A stretch of DNA of 34,842 nt from Minisyncoccota bacterium (GCA_020058565.1 JAGVDT010000036.1:1-34842); one strand, 5' to 3'. Positions 1 to 9,288 are shown, numbered from the stretch's first letter. Notes: generated from the letters alone by a model not told the origin. Program-made: numbers and translations.

Positions 1-1792
1 GAGTGAGCCGGATGGGATGTTTGAAATAGCGAGGCTGGTGGTGGTGGCGTTTGCGATCACTGCATCTGCGAATGAAGAAGTAGATGATGCGTTGATGCCG
101 CTGGTGAAGTTGAGATAGGTGGTGGTGGCGTTGTTTGGGAAGAGGTAGCCAAATGTTGAGTAGTCAGTACCCGGGACGGCGGCCTGTATTGCCCCACCCG
201 CCCCTGCTTTAAGAAGAGATCCATTGGCGATGTTTGCGATTGCAAAGGATGTCGTGGTGGCATTCGCGAACAGCGCCGATGAAGTCGAAACAAAATTTCC
301 AACCGCGAGCGCGCTGTAGAACGTCGAGGTGCTGACCGCGAGATTGGCGACTCCACCGACGGAGAGCAGCGTTCCGGCGCTGGTGGTGCCGATCCCGACA
401 TTGTTTGAAAAATATGACTTACCCATCACTTCAAATATGCTCGCGAGCGTGGAAGTGCCGCTGGCGCCTACAACCACGACATCGTTTGTATCCGTGGGGT
501 AAATTCGCAAGTCGTCGGTAGACGTAGACCATGCGCCTGCGCCGCCGCCGCCGCCGGAAGAAATGTCGGTGCCCCACACCGGCAAAAGGCTGCCGTTGAG
601 CTTGAGGACATTTCCGCTTGCTGCACCGCCAGTCGTCAGTACTGTGAGATGGTTGGGCGAATCAGCGTACAAGATGTCTCCCGTAGCGTACGTCGTTATT
701 CCAGTACCCCCCTGCGTTGCCGCGAGCGTGCCGGAGATATTCGCCAGAGTTGTGGTTGCGGTCCATGTGGGCACTCCGCCAAGAAGCGCCAAGACTTGCC
801 CCGGAAGACCTGCCGATGTGGTGGCGAGCGCTCCGGAGCCGTTTCCATAGAGGAGCGCGCCAGTGGCGACACTCGACCAGCCGGTCCCACCGTAGATCGC
901 GCTCAAAGTGCTGGTTGCCGAAACTGTGCCATTGATCGCCTGCAACGGTCCCGTAAGGCTGCCAATCGAGAACGTGCCGTTAAATGCGTTGGTGCCGGTA
1001 AAAGTATTATTCGCATATGTCTTTGCGATCGTAGTAGAGGCATCCGCAAAATAGATAGCGGAAGTGGTCGAAAAGAAATCACGCTGCGTCTTCCAGAAGT
1101 CTGTTGAGGTGGTGCTAAAGAGCGTGGCGTTCGCCGAGAGGAAGTCGGTGCCTGCTACAGCTGCAAGTACCGAGCCGCCGGTGGTTGTTTTGAGGAGTGA
1201 GCCGGATGGGATGTTGGAGATGGCAAGTGATGTCGTGGTGGCGTTTGCGATCACTGCGTCTGCGAATGATGAAGTGGAAGATGCGTTGATGCCGGAGGTG
1301 AAGTTGAGGTAGGTGGTGGTGGCGCTGTTTGGGAAAAGGTACGAGAAGTTGGCGTAGTCGGTGCCGGCTACTGCTGCCACGACACTCCCCTGTGCGTTGG
1401 TTTTGAGGAGGACTGAAGAAAGTCCGGTAAAGATCAGGTTGGTGGTGGTGGCGGTGCCATTTACGGTAAGGCCGCCGGTTTGGGTGCCATCGCCGATGGT
1501 GGTGGAGGCAAAGGCGGTGAGGCCGCCGTTGAAGTTGATGAGCGTGTTGGTGGCGTTGTTTGGGAAGAGGTAGGCGAAGGTGGAGGCGACGTAGTCGGTG
1601 CCCGCGACCGCGGCCAAAACTGAGCCACCAAGACCTACCTTCAGGAGCGAGCCGTTGGTGATGTTGGAAATAGCGAGGCTGGTGGTGGTCGCGTTTGCGA
1701 TCACTGCGTCGGCGAATGAAGAAGTAGATGATGCGTTGATGCCTGAGGTGAAGTTGAGGTAGGTGGTGGTGGCGTTGTTTGGGAAGAGGTAT
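1..1792 (-). repeat. Dispersed near-identical internal module copies (~1-150, ~1198-1340, ~1640-1792; partial at ~1550-1600)
   Basis: The copies encode YLFP(N/S)NATTTYLNFTSGINASSTSSFADAVIANATTTSLAISNI. Nucleotide differences are mostly at third codon positions. Confidence 0.85.
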
Positions 1793-4620
1793 GCAAACGC
1801 GCTACCGGTCTGGTCGCTCCCGCAGCCAAACGTGCCGTTGTTGTAGGTGAGAAATGATCCGGCCTGGCAGACATTGAGACCTGCACCAAAGAGCTGCGAA
1901 GTGGAAGCAATCGAGGCAAAGAGCGTGGTCGTTGTCGCATTCACGAAATCCGCGTCAGCGAAATGCGAAGTCGACGAGGCGAAGATTCCGCTTTGCGCCC
2001 ATATTGGACTCGAGGTAGCGGCGGCCACTACCGAGTAATTAGAGAGCCATGTAAACGGCGCCCCTTGTCCCACCGCAGTCTGGTCCGTTACGCAGGAAAA
2101 TCGGCCGTTTGCGTACGTGAGCACTTCGCCGCCCGCGCAGGTAGCGAGGCCCGCTCCGTAGTAGAGCGTTGAGGATGCGTAGCTGGCAGAAATGCCGGTG
2201 GTGGAAGCATATGCAAATGTCTGTGTACCCGTAAATGTGTTGTTGACATATGTTTTAGGAATTGTGGTAGAAGCATCTATAAAGTAGATAGCGCTCGTTG
2301 TCGAAAAGCCGGACAGACTTTGTGTCGAAAGGAAATACGAGGCTGATGTCGTAGAAAATGCGAGGCCCTGGTATTGCTCTAGGAAATATGCCGATGATGT
2401 TGTCGAGAAAAGATTGCGAGAAGAGAGAAACGCATCGGCCGAAGTGGTAGAAAAGAAATTCGTTGCGCTTGCCCAGTAGTTTACGCTCGTGGTTGAGAAA
2501 AAGTCGTTGGCAACTTTCCAATAATCAGCGCTGGTGGTCGAAAAGAAAAATCCCTTATCGTACGTCGCGAGAAGATGCTCTGCAGATGTGGTCGAGAAGA
2601 AATTGTTTTGCGTTTTCCAGTAGTCAGCCGATGTTGTCGAGAAAGCCGAGATGTTTTGCTGAGCAAGGAAGTACGAAGCCGATGTAGTGGAAAACGCCGC
2701 ACCTTGATTCAGCGCTAGGAAATTCGAGGCCGACGTGGTGGAAAATCCGAGCGCGATCAGCTGCGCCGCCGTATACCCGCTGTGCGTGCCCGTCCAATCT
2801 CCCGTGCTTGTACTTACGTAGTCCTCTCCCGGAGTCGCGAGACTCACGGCGCCGTCGGCGCCGACTTTCAAAATCCCATTCGTCAAAGATGAGATGACAA
2901 GGTTTGAAGTAGATGCATGCGCGGACGTGACAGCGGTCGTGGATGCATACGGGAATACTGATGCGTTAGTCGATGTTGCGACAAAGTTTGGCGAGGTGAT
3001 GGCGTTGTATGCAACAATCGTTCCCCGGAAAAGGCTGTTGCCTCTGACTTCGATAATGTTTCCTATTGTCGTCGTCGCCGTATTTCCGACCAACACCACC
3101 TGTGCCGGATTCGACGTATACACCGCAAGCTCATCCGTTGTGGTTGCCCACGCGCCGGCGCCACCGCTTCCCTGGAGATCGGGCTGCCAGCTCGGGAAGC
3201 CGCCATTGAGTTTGAGCACGAGACCATTGGCGCCAGCCGGCAGCGCCGCAAGGTTGTCTGCGACGTCCGCATACAGTATGTCCCCTGCCGCGAGCGAACT
3301 TGGCACATCAGTCAGCGCGACAAACGTCGTGACGCCGCTTACGTTGGTGACATTGGTCACGGTAGTTCCTCCGCCGCCGCCGGCCAACGATATCGCCTGA
3401 TACACCTTGGATATATCCGGAGAATGTGCGATGGAGTTGGCATCGATTTTCGCCGATAGACTCGCTTCAAGCTGCGCTAGCCGGCTATTGAGAAGGGATT
3501 CGCTGATGCCTCCCTCGCTTACCACGCGCTCCACTGTGACGCGTTCGATGACTCGCTCGCTTGTCGCCTGAGCGATTGTAGTGGGCTGAACATTTTTCTG
3601 CACTGTTTCTGCGATTTGCTGCGGGGTCGGGCGCGGCAAGGGCGCAGGTGCCGGAGGCGGCGTCTGGGCGAGTGGCTGCGAAACGATCGGTGTCACTTTC
3701 AAAGTGACGGTAGCCTGATTGCTACCGCTAATCATCGCAAAGAAAGATCCAACACTCGAAGAAATTGCGCCGAAGAAGTTAGCAACCGGATTGCTAGCTG
3801 CAGCTGCTAGCGCCGTGCGCGAATCCGATACTGCGCTGAGTGGCATTGAAAAATCTGACTGCGCGATCTGAGCGCTTTCGCTGCCGGATGTCGGCTGCAC
3901 ACCGGTGATGGCGGCAACAGACGACGAGTACATAGCGCGAACATTCTTCGCAAAGCTCGGATCAAACGCGGAATACACGCCGACCAAAATCAAGACGGCA
4001 AATGTCATGGCTGCCGCGCGATGCACCATATCCGCCGCCGGGATCAAAATATGCTTTCCATGCGTCACGTGCGTGACTGCGTCGTGGAAACCAGCTTGAA
4101 CTCCCGTAGGAGCCGGTATGTATGAAGCCGCGTGCGCTATTTTTGCCTTTAGTCCGTGGCGAAAATCCGAGTGAAGCGCCTTACGATATGCGGCGCGACG
4201 CTTGGCGTGCTCCATCGTGTGAACTTTCGGCAAACTAGAAAAATTATTCTCCGGAAAAATAATCCGGTGTGACTCTCGCTCCTGATTCTCGACAAGCTGC
4301 TTAAAGGCAGACTTAGAATGCTCGGCTGCCTTAGGCACGGGTATCGTAGGCGCGTGAAAAACTGCGAATCTCTGATCTTTGTACTCCTGCTTGCGTTGCT
4401 TGCTAAGGCTTTCTTTGCGCTCGATTTTGCTTACTTCGCTCGATCCGAGAAACTTCGACAGTGAACTAGGCTCAACATACCAATTCTTTCCAACGCGTCT
4501 TCCGGCAATTCTTCCTGCGCGACATAACCTGGTTATGTAGTCTCGGGACAGACCAGCAGCAAGAGCAGCATCTGAGGCCGATACGTACCGTTCTTTGCCA
4601 AAGAAAATCTCGTCAGACAT
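1..4620 (-). CDS. Giant (>1540 aa, 3'-truncated by the window edge) membrane-anchored surface protein: N-terminal HTH_17/Xis-like domain, TM helix, Ser/Thr-rich adhesin/tail-fibre-like repeats
   Basis: ATG at 4620 (MSDEIFFGKERYVSASDAALAAGLSRDYITRLCRAGRIAGRRVGKNWYVEPSSL). No stop in the stretches I translated, the frame is the same at both ends, and the ORF track lists no closed ORF in this frame. TM-like AAAMTFAVLILVGVYSAF at ~3964-4017, Pro-rich linker ~3620-3665, then FSTTS, ANATTT, GDILYAD and NVGIGTTS motifs. Confidence 0.88.
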   Translation of the reverse strand, partial: MSDEIFFGKERYVSASDAALAAGLSRDYITRLCRAGRIAGRRVGKNWYVEPSSLSKFLGSSEVSKIERKESLSKQRKQEYKDQRFAVFHAPTIPVPKAAEHSKSAFKQLVENQERESHRIIFPENNFSSLPKVHTMEHAKRRAAYRKALHSDFRHGLKAKIAHAASYIPAPTGVQAGFHDAVTHVTHGKHILIPAADMVHRAAAMTFAVLILVGVYSAFDPSFAKNVRAMYSSSVAAITGVQPTSGSESAQIAQSDFSMPLSAVSDSRTALAAAASNPVANFFGAISSSVGSFFAMISGSNQATVTLKVTPIVSQPLAQTPPPAPAPLPRPTPQQIAETVQKNVQPTTIAQATSERVIERVTVERVVSEGGISESLLNSRLAQLEASLSAKIDANSIAHSPDISKVYQAISLAGGGGGTTVTNVTNVSGVTTFVALTDVPSSLAAGDILYADVADNLAALPAGANGLVLKLNGGFPSWQPDLQGSGGAGAWATTTDELAVYTSNPAQVVLVGNTATTTIGNIIEVRGNSLFRGTIVAYNAITSPNFVATSTNASVFPYASTTAVTSAHASTSNLVISSLTNGILKVGADGAVSLATPGEDYVSTSTGDWTGTHSGYTAAQLIALGFSTTSASNFLALNQGAAFSTTSASYFLAQQNISAFSTTSADYWKTQNNFFSTTSAEHLLATYDKGFFFSTTSADYWKVANDFFSTTSVNYWASATNFFSTTSADAFLSSRNLFSTTSSAYFLEQYQGLAFSTTSASYFLSTQSLSGFSTTSAIYFIDASTTIPKTYVNNTFTGTQTFAYASTTGISASYASSTLYYGAGLATCAGGEVLTYANGRFSCVTDQTAVGQGAPFTWLSNYSVVAAATSSPIWAQSGIFASSTSHFADADFVNATTTTLFASIASTSQLFGAGLNVCQAGSFLTYNNGTFGCGSDQTGSAFAYLFPNNATTTYLNFTSGINASSTSSFADAVIANATTTSLAISNITNGSLLKVGLGGSVLAAVAGTDYVASTFAYLFPNNATNTLINFNGGLTAFASTTIGDGTQTGGLTVNGTATTTNLIFTGLSSVLLKTNAQGSVVAAVAGTDYANFSYLFPNSATTTYLNFTSGINASSTSSFADAVIANATTTSLAISNIPSGSLLKTTTGGSVLAAVAGTDFLSANATLFSTTSTDFWKTQRDFFSTTSAIYFADASTTIAKTYANNTFTGTNAFNGTFSIGSLTGPLQAINGTVSATSTLSAIYGGTGWSSVATGALLYGNGSGALATTSAGLPGQVLALLGGVPTWTATTTLANISGTLAATQGGTGITTYATGDILYADSPNHLTVLTTGGAASGNVLKLNGSLLPVWGTDISSGGGGGAGAWSTSTDDLRIYPTDTNDVVVVGASGTSTLASIFEVMGKSYFSNNVGIGTTSAGTLLSVGGVANLAVSTSTFYSALAVGNFVSTSSALFANATTTSFAIANIANGSLLKAGAGGAIQAAVPGTDYSTFGYLFPNNATTTYLNFTSGINASSTSSFADAVIANATTTSLAISNIPSGSL
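2270..2748 (-). repeat. In-frame tandem peptide repeat, 10 units of 15-18 aa beginning FSTTS
   Basis: Units include FSTTSASNFLALNQGAA, FSTTSASYFLAQQNISA, FSTTSADYWKTQNNF, FSTTSADYWKVANDF, FSTTSSAYFLEQYQGLA and FSTTSAIYF. Two more units lie at ~1040-1125. Confidence 0.9.
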
Positions 4621-5111
4621 ATTTATCGGCTACTAGACAGAAATCCCCAGAATGAAATGCGAATCATGCCGCCGCGAAGACGTACCGGTCCAGAAATTTG
4701 ATGAGCACTCAAATCCTGGAGCAAAGCTGCAGATTTTGAATTCTGTTTCTTCATGCTTGAAATTTTCTGCCAGCTTCGCGTTAAGATTTCGAGTTTTAGC
4801 TCGGTTCAGGAATTGTTCGGGTGACCGATTTAACTAATATTTTACTAGACATTTCGGACATTTTATTTTCGCGATTCTGCAAAATCTGTGGATATGTATG
4901 CATATTTTTTTCCTTACGATATAGAGACGATGGATCGCGATATATTTCGCAAACTAAAGCAATTTTATGCGGGGAACCACACCACCGACAATATTTATCA
5001 AAATATTCTTATCCCAACTTGGTTTCCTGACTAATTCTCGGCTGCCCGAGCATCGATAAATATAGGTATATTGCTGATTGAGGCTGATTCAGACTCTGCT
5101 TTGCGGCCCGA

Positions 5112-5148
5112 CCAAAATGCGACGACCGAGTTTAGCTCGGTCGCCGCA
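5112..5148 (-). terminator. Probable intrinsic terminator of the 5172..6152 gene
   Basis: Minus-strand hairpin UGCGGCGACCGAG/CUCGGUCGUCGCA (one G-U pair, which works only on the minus strand) followed by UUUUGG. Confidence 0.6.
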
Positions 5149-5171
5149 AATGGTTTTAACTCAGAGTAGAT

Positions 5172-6152
5172 TTACTCGACCGAACGGATGTACACGAGCT
5201 CCTTCGAAAGCAGGACCTCAAGTGAGAGCTTATTGGCTGCCGCGGTTGCTACTGAAGCCACTTGGCGATCATCGGGCTCAAATATCGCACTATAGATTCT
5301 CTCGCCGCCACTCAATCCTAGCGCGGTTCCCGCAAGCACTAAGAGTACAAGCACTAGGACTGGAACTGTGGCTTGAAACATAGACTTTCCGGGTATTGGG
5401 ATACTTCTCGGTTGATTTTTTTTGGAGCCTTCTGCGGACGATTTATGCTCGAACGCATAGTGAGTTTTTTCGTCGGCTTCCTCAACGAGCCTGGCCTCTA
5501 GTACTCGTATGGGTATTCTGCTGCTTGTCTGTTGCATCGAATCCAAAGCGGCGGTAGCGGGTTGCGCTCGGAGCTCGAACTCCGGCAGTACGGACGAGAG
5601 CGTCGGAAAGAGTGGCTTTTCGTCTTTGCCATACTCCATCAGTTTTTGCTTCTCTACGTTTATCGGCAAAGCATTCTGGATCTCAACTGGCACCGGACGT
5701 TTTAATCCGACTGATTCTGCCTGCACTGCGCGCAGAAGCGCTTCTTTCTCTTTTTTGTGTTCGAGGATCGCTTCCCTGTCAACATACCAGCGATTTCCCA
5801 CCTGCGTCGAGGGAATTTTGCCTGCACGAGCAAGTTGGCCGACGTAATCTTGATTGTAATCTGTTATCTTTGCAGCGAGCGCGGCAGAGACAAATTCTTT
5901 TCCGTCTTCCCGAATTGTCGCTTCTACATTTGGATCAGGCTGGTATTTTGGCGGTTCAGGTTTGAACGCCTCGGCTTTTAATTTGTATGCATGAAGAGAT
6001 TCAGGAAATACATACCATTGGTTTCCTACCCGCCTGGCGTCAACGTGCCCAGCACGACAGAGCTGCCCAACGTAGTCTTGGGTATATCCAAATTCCACAG
6101 CCGCCCTTTTAGAGGCAATGTAAGTTTTGCTATCAAGAGTAACCGCATCCAT
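5172..6152 (-). CDS. Protein with two tandem HTH_17/Xis-like domains and a C-terminal TM helix
   Basis: Two copies of the motif: YIASKRAAVEFGYTQDYVGQLCRAGHVDARRVGNQWYV and FVSAALAAKITDYNQDYVGQLARAGKIPSTQVGNRWYV. Hydrophobic segment VPVLVLVLLVLAGTALGL. Start MDAVTL (6152) is preferred because TGTTATACT lies 7 nt upstream. Confidence 0.8.
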   Translation of the reverse strand: MDAVTLDSKTYIASKRAAVEFGYTQDYVGQLCRAGHVDARRVGNQWYVFPESLHAYKLKAEAFKPEPPKYQPDPNVEATIREDGKEFVSAALAAKITDYNQDYVGQLARAGKIPSTQVGNRWYVDREAILEHKKEKEALLRAVQAESVGLKRPVPVEIQNALPINVEKQKLMEYGKDEKPLFPTLSSVLPEFELRAQPATAALDSMQQTSSRIPIRVLEARLVEEADEKTHYAFEHKSSAEGSKKNQPRSIPIPGKSMFQATVPVLVLVLLVLAGTALGLSGGERIYSAIFEPDDRQVASVATAAANKLSLEVLLSKELVYIRSVE

Positions 6153-6381
6153 TCCGGTAAGTATAACAGCACGAGAACGCATATCGTCCATCCGAGTTGC
6201 CGAGATAGTGAATAACTTCGCGCCATAATAAGCGCCCGTAAATCCGGAGCACGAATACTGAAGTCCGAGATACTATTAAATTCACCAACTAATATCTGAA
6301 GAATCACCCATAAAGCTGCCTAAGAATTTCAAATCAACCGGGTCAATCTGACACCATTGCTGGGATGCCCTGCTCGAAATA

Positions 6382-8154
6382 TCAAACCTCCGAGCTCGAG
6401 CCTATTTGCTGTTTAATCATTGCTCGTAACGCCGCAGGATCGGCTGCTCCCCTCAGTGACTTCATTGCCTGCCCCACGAGGTACTCTATAGCCGCTGTTT
6501 TGCCCGATTTCACATCATCTACCACAGTGGCGTTATCGGCAATAATTTTGGCCACAATTTGCGCGAGTTGTGCTGAGGAATCGCTTTGAAGCAGCTTTTG
6601 CTCCCTGGCCAGCACTTCGGGGTCGCTTTTGCCGTCCATGCAAATTTGAAGCAACTCCTTTACGGCCCGCGACGATATTCTTTTTTCGCTGGCCATTCGG
6701 ATAACTTTCGCGAAATTATCGGGAGAAATAGGCACAATATCGAGAATTTTCATATCTCGGGTACCGGCATCTCGGATATCCGTGATTAACTTTACTAGAT
6801 CATTGGAGATGTAGTTAGAAGCCAGCTTTAGTTCAGCGGGTTTCTCCTGTAGAGCATGGCCGACGGCTTCAAAAAATTCGCCGTACAGTGGCTCTTTGAC
6901 ATAGAGCTCAATATCTTGTGTATTGATTCCTAAGGTCGCGAAACGCGTTCTTTTCTCCCACGGCAGCTCGGGCAGCGTCTTTTTTACGGTATCTAAAGTC
7001 AGGCCGAGTTCGGAAAGCTTTAGGGATGGTAGATCGGGATCGGGAAAATATCGGTAGTCTGCACTACCCTCTTTTACACGCTGGCTAAAAGTAGCCTGCT
7101 TGTGTTCGTCCCAGCCGCGAGTTTCCTGCACAACTTTTTCACCTTTCTCAAGTAGCGCTATCTGCCGTTTTACTTCGTAGTCTATGGCGCGCTCCAGAGC
7201 TCGAAAGGAATTTATGTTCTTTACCTCAACTTTAGTACCGAGTTTGGAAATATCGACTTTGAAATTAGCCTCAGGTAGATCTCCTGCATTCTCCGCGTTC
7301 ACTCCGGTGCTTTTGCTCGTCCCGCTTGAGTCCTCGGCGGCAGCTCTTTCGCTTGCCCCATTGCCCGTTTTTATTCGCTTTGACCCGTTCTCCCCATTCT
7401 CTCCGTTCGTTCCGACGGAATCGCTGCCATTAGAGACCAAAGACGCGGAAGCGCTTACGGCTTCAAAAATATGTGCTGATGGGCTTCTCGTCGCTGAAGA
7501 AACTAAGGAACTTTCTGGCGAGAAAGAATTATTCTTCATGCGCTGTGCATCTTCCGGAGATATTTTTGCGACACTAATGTTTGCTTCGAGCCGCATCTGC
7601 CCTTTTTCCATATCAGCTTCGGATGCTCCGAGCGTTCTCAAAAGCACCTGCAATTCCCTGCCGAAATTTCCCGCCTCCCTCGCGCTATGCAGCACCGGCT
7701 CTGTCACAAGCTCCATCAAAGGAACGCCCGCACGATTGTAATCCACCAAAGTAGCTCCCGAGCTTTCATCGTGGATTGAACTAGCGGTGTCCTCCTCAAG
7801 ATGAATCCTGGTCAGCGTAACACCGTTTAGCGATCCTCCTGAGACCAAAGGGTACTCAAACTGCGACAACTGATACCCTTTTGGGAGGTCAGGATAGAAA
7901 TAATTCTTTCGGTCGAATTCCGTATAATCTGCCAATTTTGCGCCAAGCGCTGCCCCAACACGCAAAACATGCTCTACCGCAGCCCTATTTATCACCGGAA
8001 GGGTGCCCGGATGGGCCATACACACCGGACAAACGTTGATATTAGGCCGTTTTTTCGCTGCATCATTCTTTGATGCACAAAACATCTTGGTGCGCGTGTT
8101 TAATTCCGCATGAATTTCGAGACCAATCGTCGGCCAATATCTGTCTTGCGCCAT
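6382..8154 (-). CDS. gatB: Asp/Glu-tRNA amidotransferase subunit B (with ~100-aa insertion)
   Basis: Motifs IGLEIHAEL, TKMFC, CPVCMAHPGTLPVIN, FDRKNYFYPDLPKGYQ, IHLEED, DYNRAGVPLMELVTEP, KVEVKNINSF and DYRYFPDPDL, plus a C-terminal YqeY-like domain. Confidence 0.97.
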   Translation of the reverse strand: MAQDRYWPTIGLEIHAELNTRTKMFCASKNDAAKKRPNINVCPVCMAHPGTLPVINRAAVEHVLRVGAALGAKLADYTEFDRKNYFYPDLPKGYQLSQFEYPLVSGGSLNGVTLTRIHLEEDTASSIHDESSGATLVDYNRAGVPLMELVTEPVLHSAREAGNFGRELQVLLRTLGASEADMEKGQMRLEANISVAKISPEDAQRMKNNSFSPESSLVSSATRSPSAHIFEAVSASASLVSNGSDSVGTNGENGENGSKRIKTGNGASERAAAEDSSGTSKSTGVNAENAGDLPEANFKVDISKLGTKVEVKNINSFRALERAIDYEVKRQIALLEKGEKVVQETRGWDEHKQATFSQRVKEGSADYRYFPDPDLPSLKLSELGLTLDTVKKTLPELPWEKRTRFATLGINTQDIELYVKEPLYGEFFEAVGHALQEKPAELKLASNYISNDLVKLITDIRDAGTRDMKILDIVPISPDNFAKVIRMASEKRISSRAVKELLQICMDGKSDPEVLAREQKLLQSDSSAQLAQIVAKIIADNATVVDDVKSGKTAAIEYLVGQAMKSLRGAADPAALRAMIKQQIGSSSEV

Positions 8155-8377
8155 AGTCTCTGAATACTATCAGAGGTCTCTTTCAAGTGCCATCGTGTTC
8201 AAAAAACTGCGGGGAAAACGCCTCTGTGCATGACAGAAGGTCAGGCGAACAAGACAACGGTGCAACTTGTGAGCGAATATGGCGCATATTTAGAGCCATT
8301 TTATACAGCACCTGTTCCCGGCGAAATAATGAATTTTTGCGTACTGCGAAGTGGGAAATGCGTCTCATGATGCAAGC

Positions 8378-8411
8378 AAGGTTTAGCCTGTGATCGCATA
8401 GGCTAAACCTT
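8378..8411. repeat. REP-like inverted doublet upstream of the RAYT homologue
   Basis: AAGGTTTAGCCTGTG-ATCG-CATAGGCTAAACCTT, a 15-bp stem with one G-T. Each arm is itself a mini-palindrome, AGG-TTTAG-CCT. Confidence 0.7.
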
Positions 8412-8625
8412 ACTAGATAAGCCAAAAAACAAAAAATGTCGAAAAAACGCGATTTTTAGACGCTTTTTAGCATATTTTGCCTCAATTTCGCGCAGATTTT
8501 GTGCTGAAAATCATTTTCGGGAGAAGCGCGCATCGTTTGTCGAATTCGCGTTGTGCGTTTGTGCTGGCTGCGAGTCAATACTAGTAACGTCTAGCTTTGC
8601 GTAAAAAAACATCTACAATTACACC

Positions 8626-9288
8626 ATGAGAAAAACAAAATTCGAGTTAGGCGGCCACTATCACCTATTCAATCGCGGCGTCGACAATCGAAATGTCTTT
8701 GTTTCGAAAGAAGACTACGATCGCTTCGAGGCGTACTTATATCTCCTGAACGACACGGAGAGCCCGCGAGCGGCCAATTTTTTTGTTGGCAAAAGATACG
8801 GATCAATTTTTGAAAGCGCGCGAACACAACCGCTGATAGCAATAGGCGCATTTTCATTATTGCCAACCAATTTTCATATCATTGCCTCCCCTCTTGTCGA
8901 TCGAGGTCTTCCCAAATTTATGCAGAAGCTTACGACAGCCTATACAATGTACTTTAACGACAAGTATCAGCGCACGGGCTCGTTGTTTGAGGGTACCTAC
9001 AAAGCTCATGGGGCCACAAGCGATAATCATTTGAAATTCCTGCTATCGTTAACGCACCTTGCCCCCGCCCAACTGTTCAACAAAAAATGGGCCGAGGACG
9101 ATATTTTTAAGCTGGAGCGACTATCCGGTGAGCTGATGGATTATCGTTACTCGAGTGTGGGCGAATACATCAGCGGTAAAAATATAATCACTGACCCGCA
9201 ATACTTCCCACGATACTTCGGACGCGCCAAGAGCATGGACACGTATCTAAGATACTGGGAGGATAACAAAAACAAATACACTAACTAG
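8626..9288 (+). CDS. REP-associated tyrosine transposase (Y1/HUH, RAYT) homologue, apparently catalytically inactive
   Basis: RAYT motifs YHLFNRGVDNRNVF, KFMQKLTTAYTMYFNDKYQRTGSLFEG and YRYSS are present. The HUH site reads LLPTNFH and the catalytic-Tyr segment reads LTHLAP. Confidence 0.85.
   Translation: MRKTKFELGGHYHLFNRGVDNRNVFVSKEDYDRFEAYLYLLNDTESPRAANFFVGKRYGSIFESARTQPLIAIGAFSLLPTNFHIIASPLVDRGLPKFMQKLTTAYTMYFNDKYQRTGSLFEGTYKAHGATSDNHLKFLLSLTHLAPAQLFNKKWAEDDIFKLERLSGELMDYRYSSVGEYISGKNIITDPQYFPRYFGRAKSMDTYLRYWEDNKNKYTN

Noticed and set aside
1..1792. DGR template/variable repeats in the giant gene
   Set aside because: All copies are in frame, differences are mostly synonymous rather than adenine-specific, and no reverse transcriptase is in the window.
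1..4620. Prophage tail-fibre gene
   Set aside because: There are no phage structural, packaging or integrase genes nearby, and the TM anchor and housekeeping context favour a cellular surface protein.
7243..7569. Intein in gatB
   Set aside because: There is no His-Asn C-terminal splice motif or Hint/LAGLIDADG block, and the sequence is low complexity.
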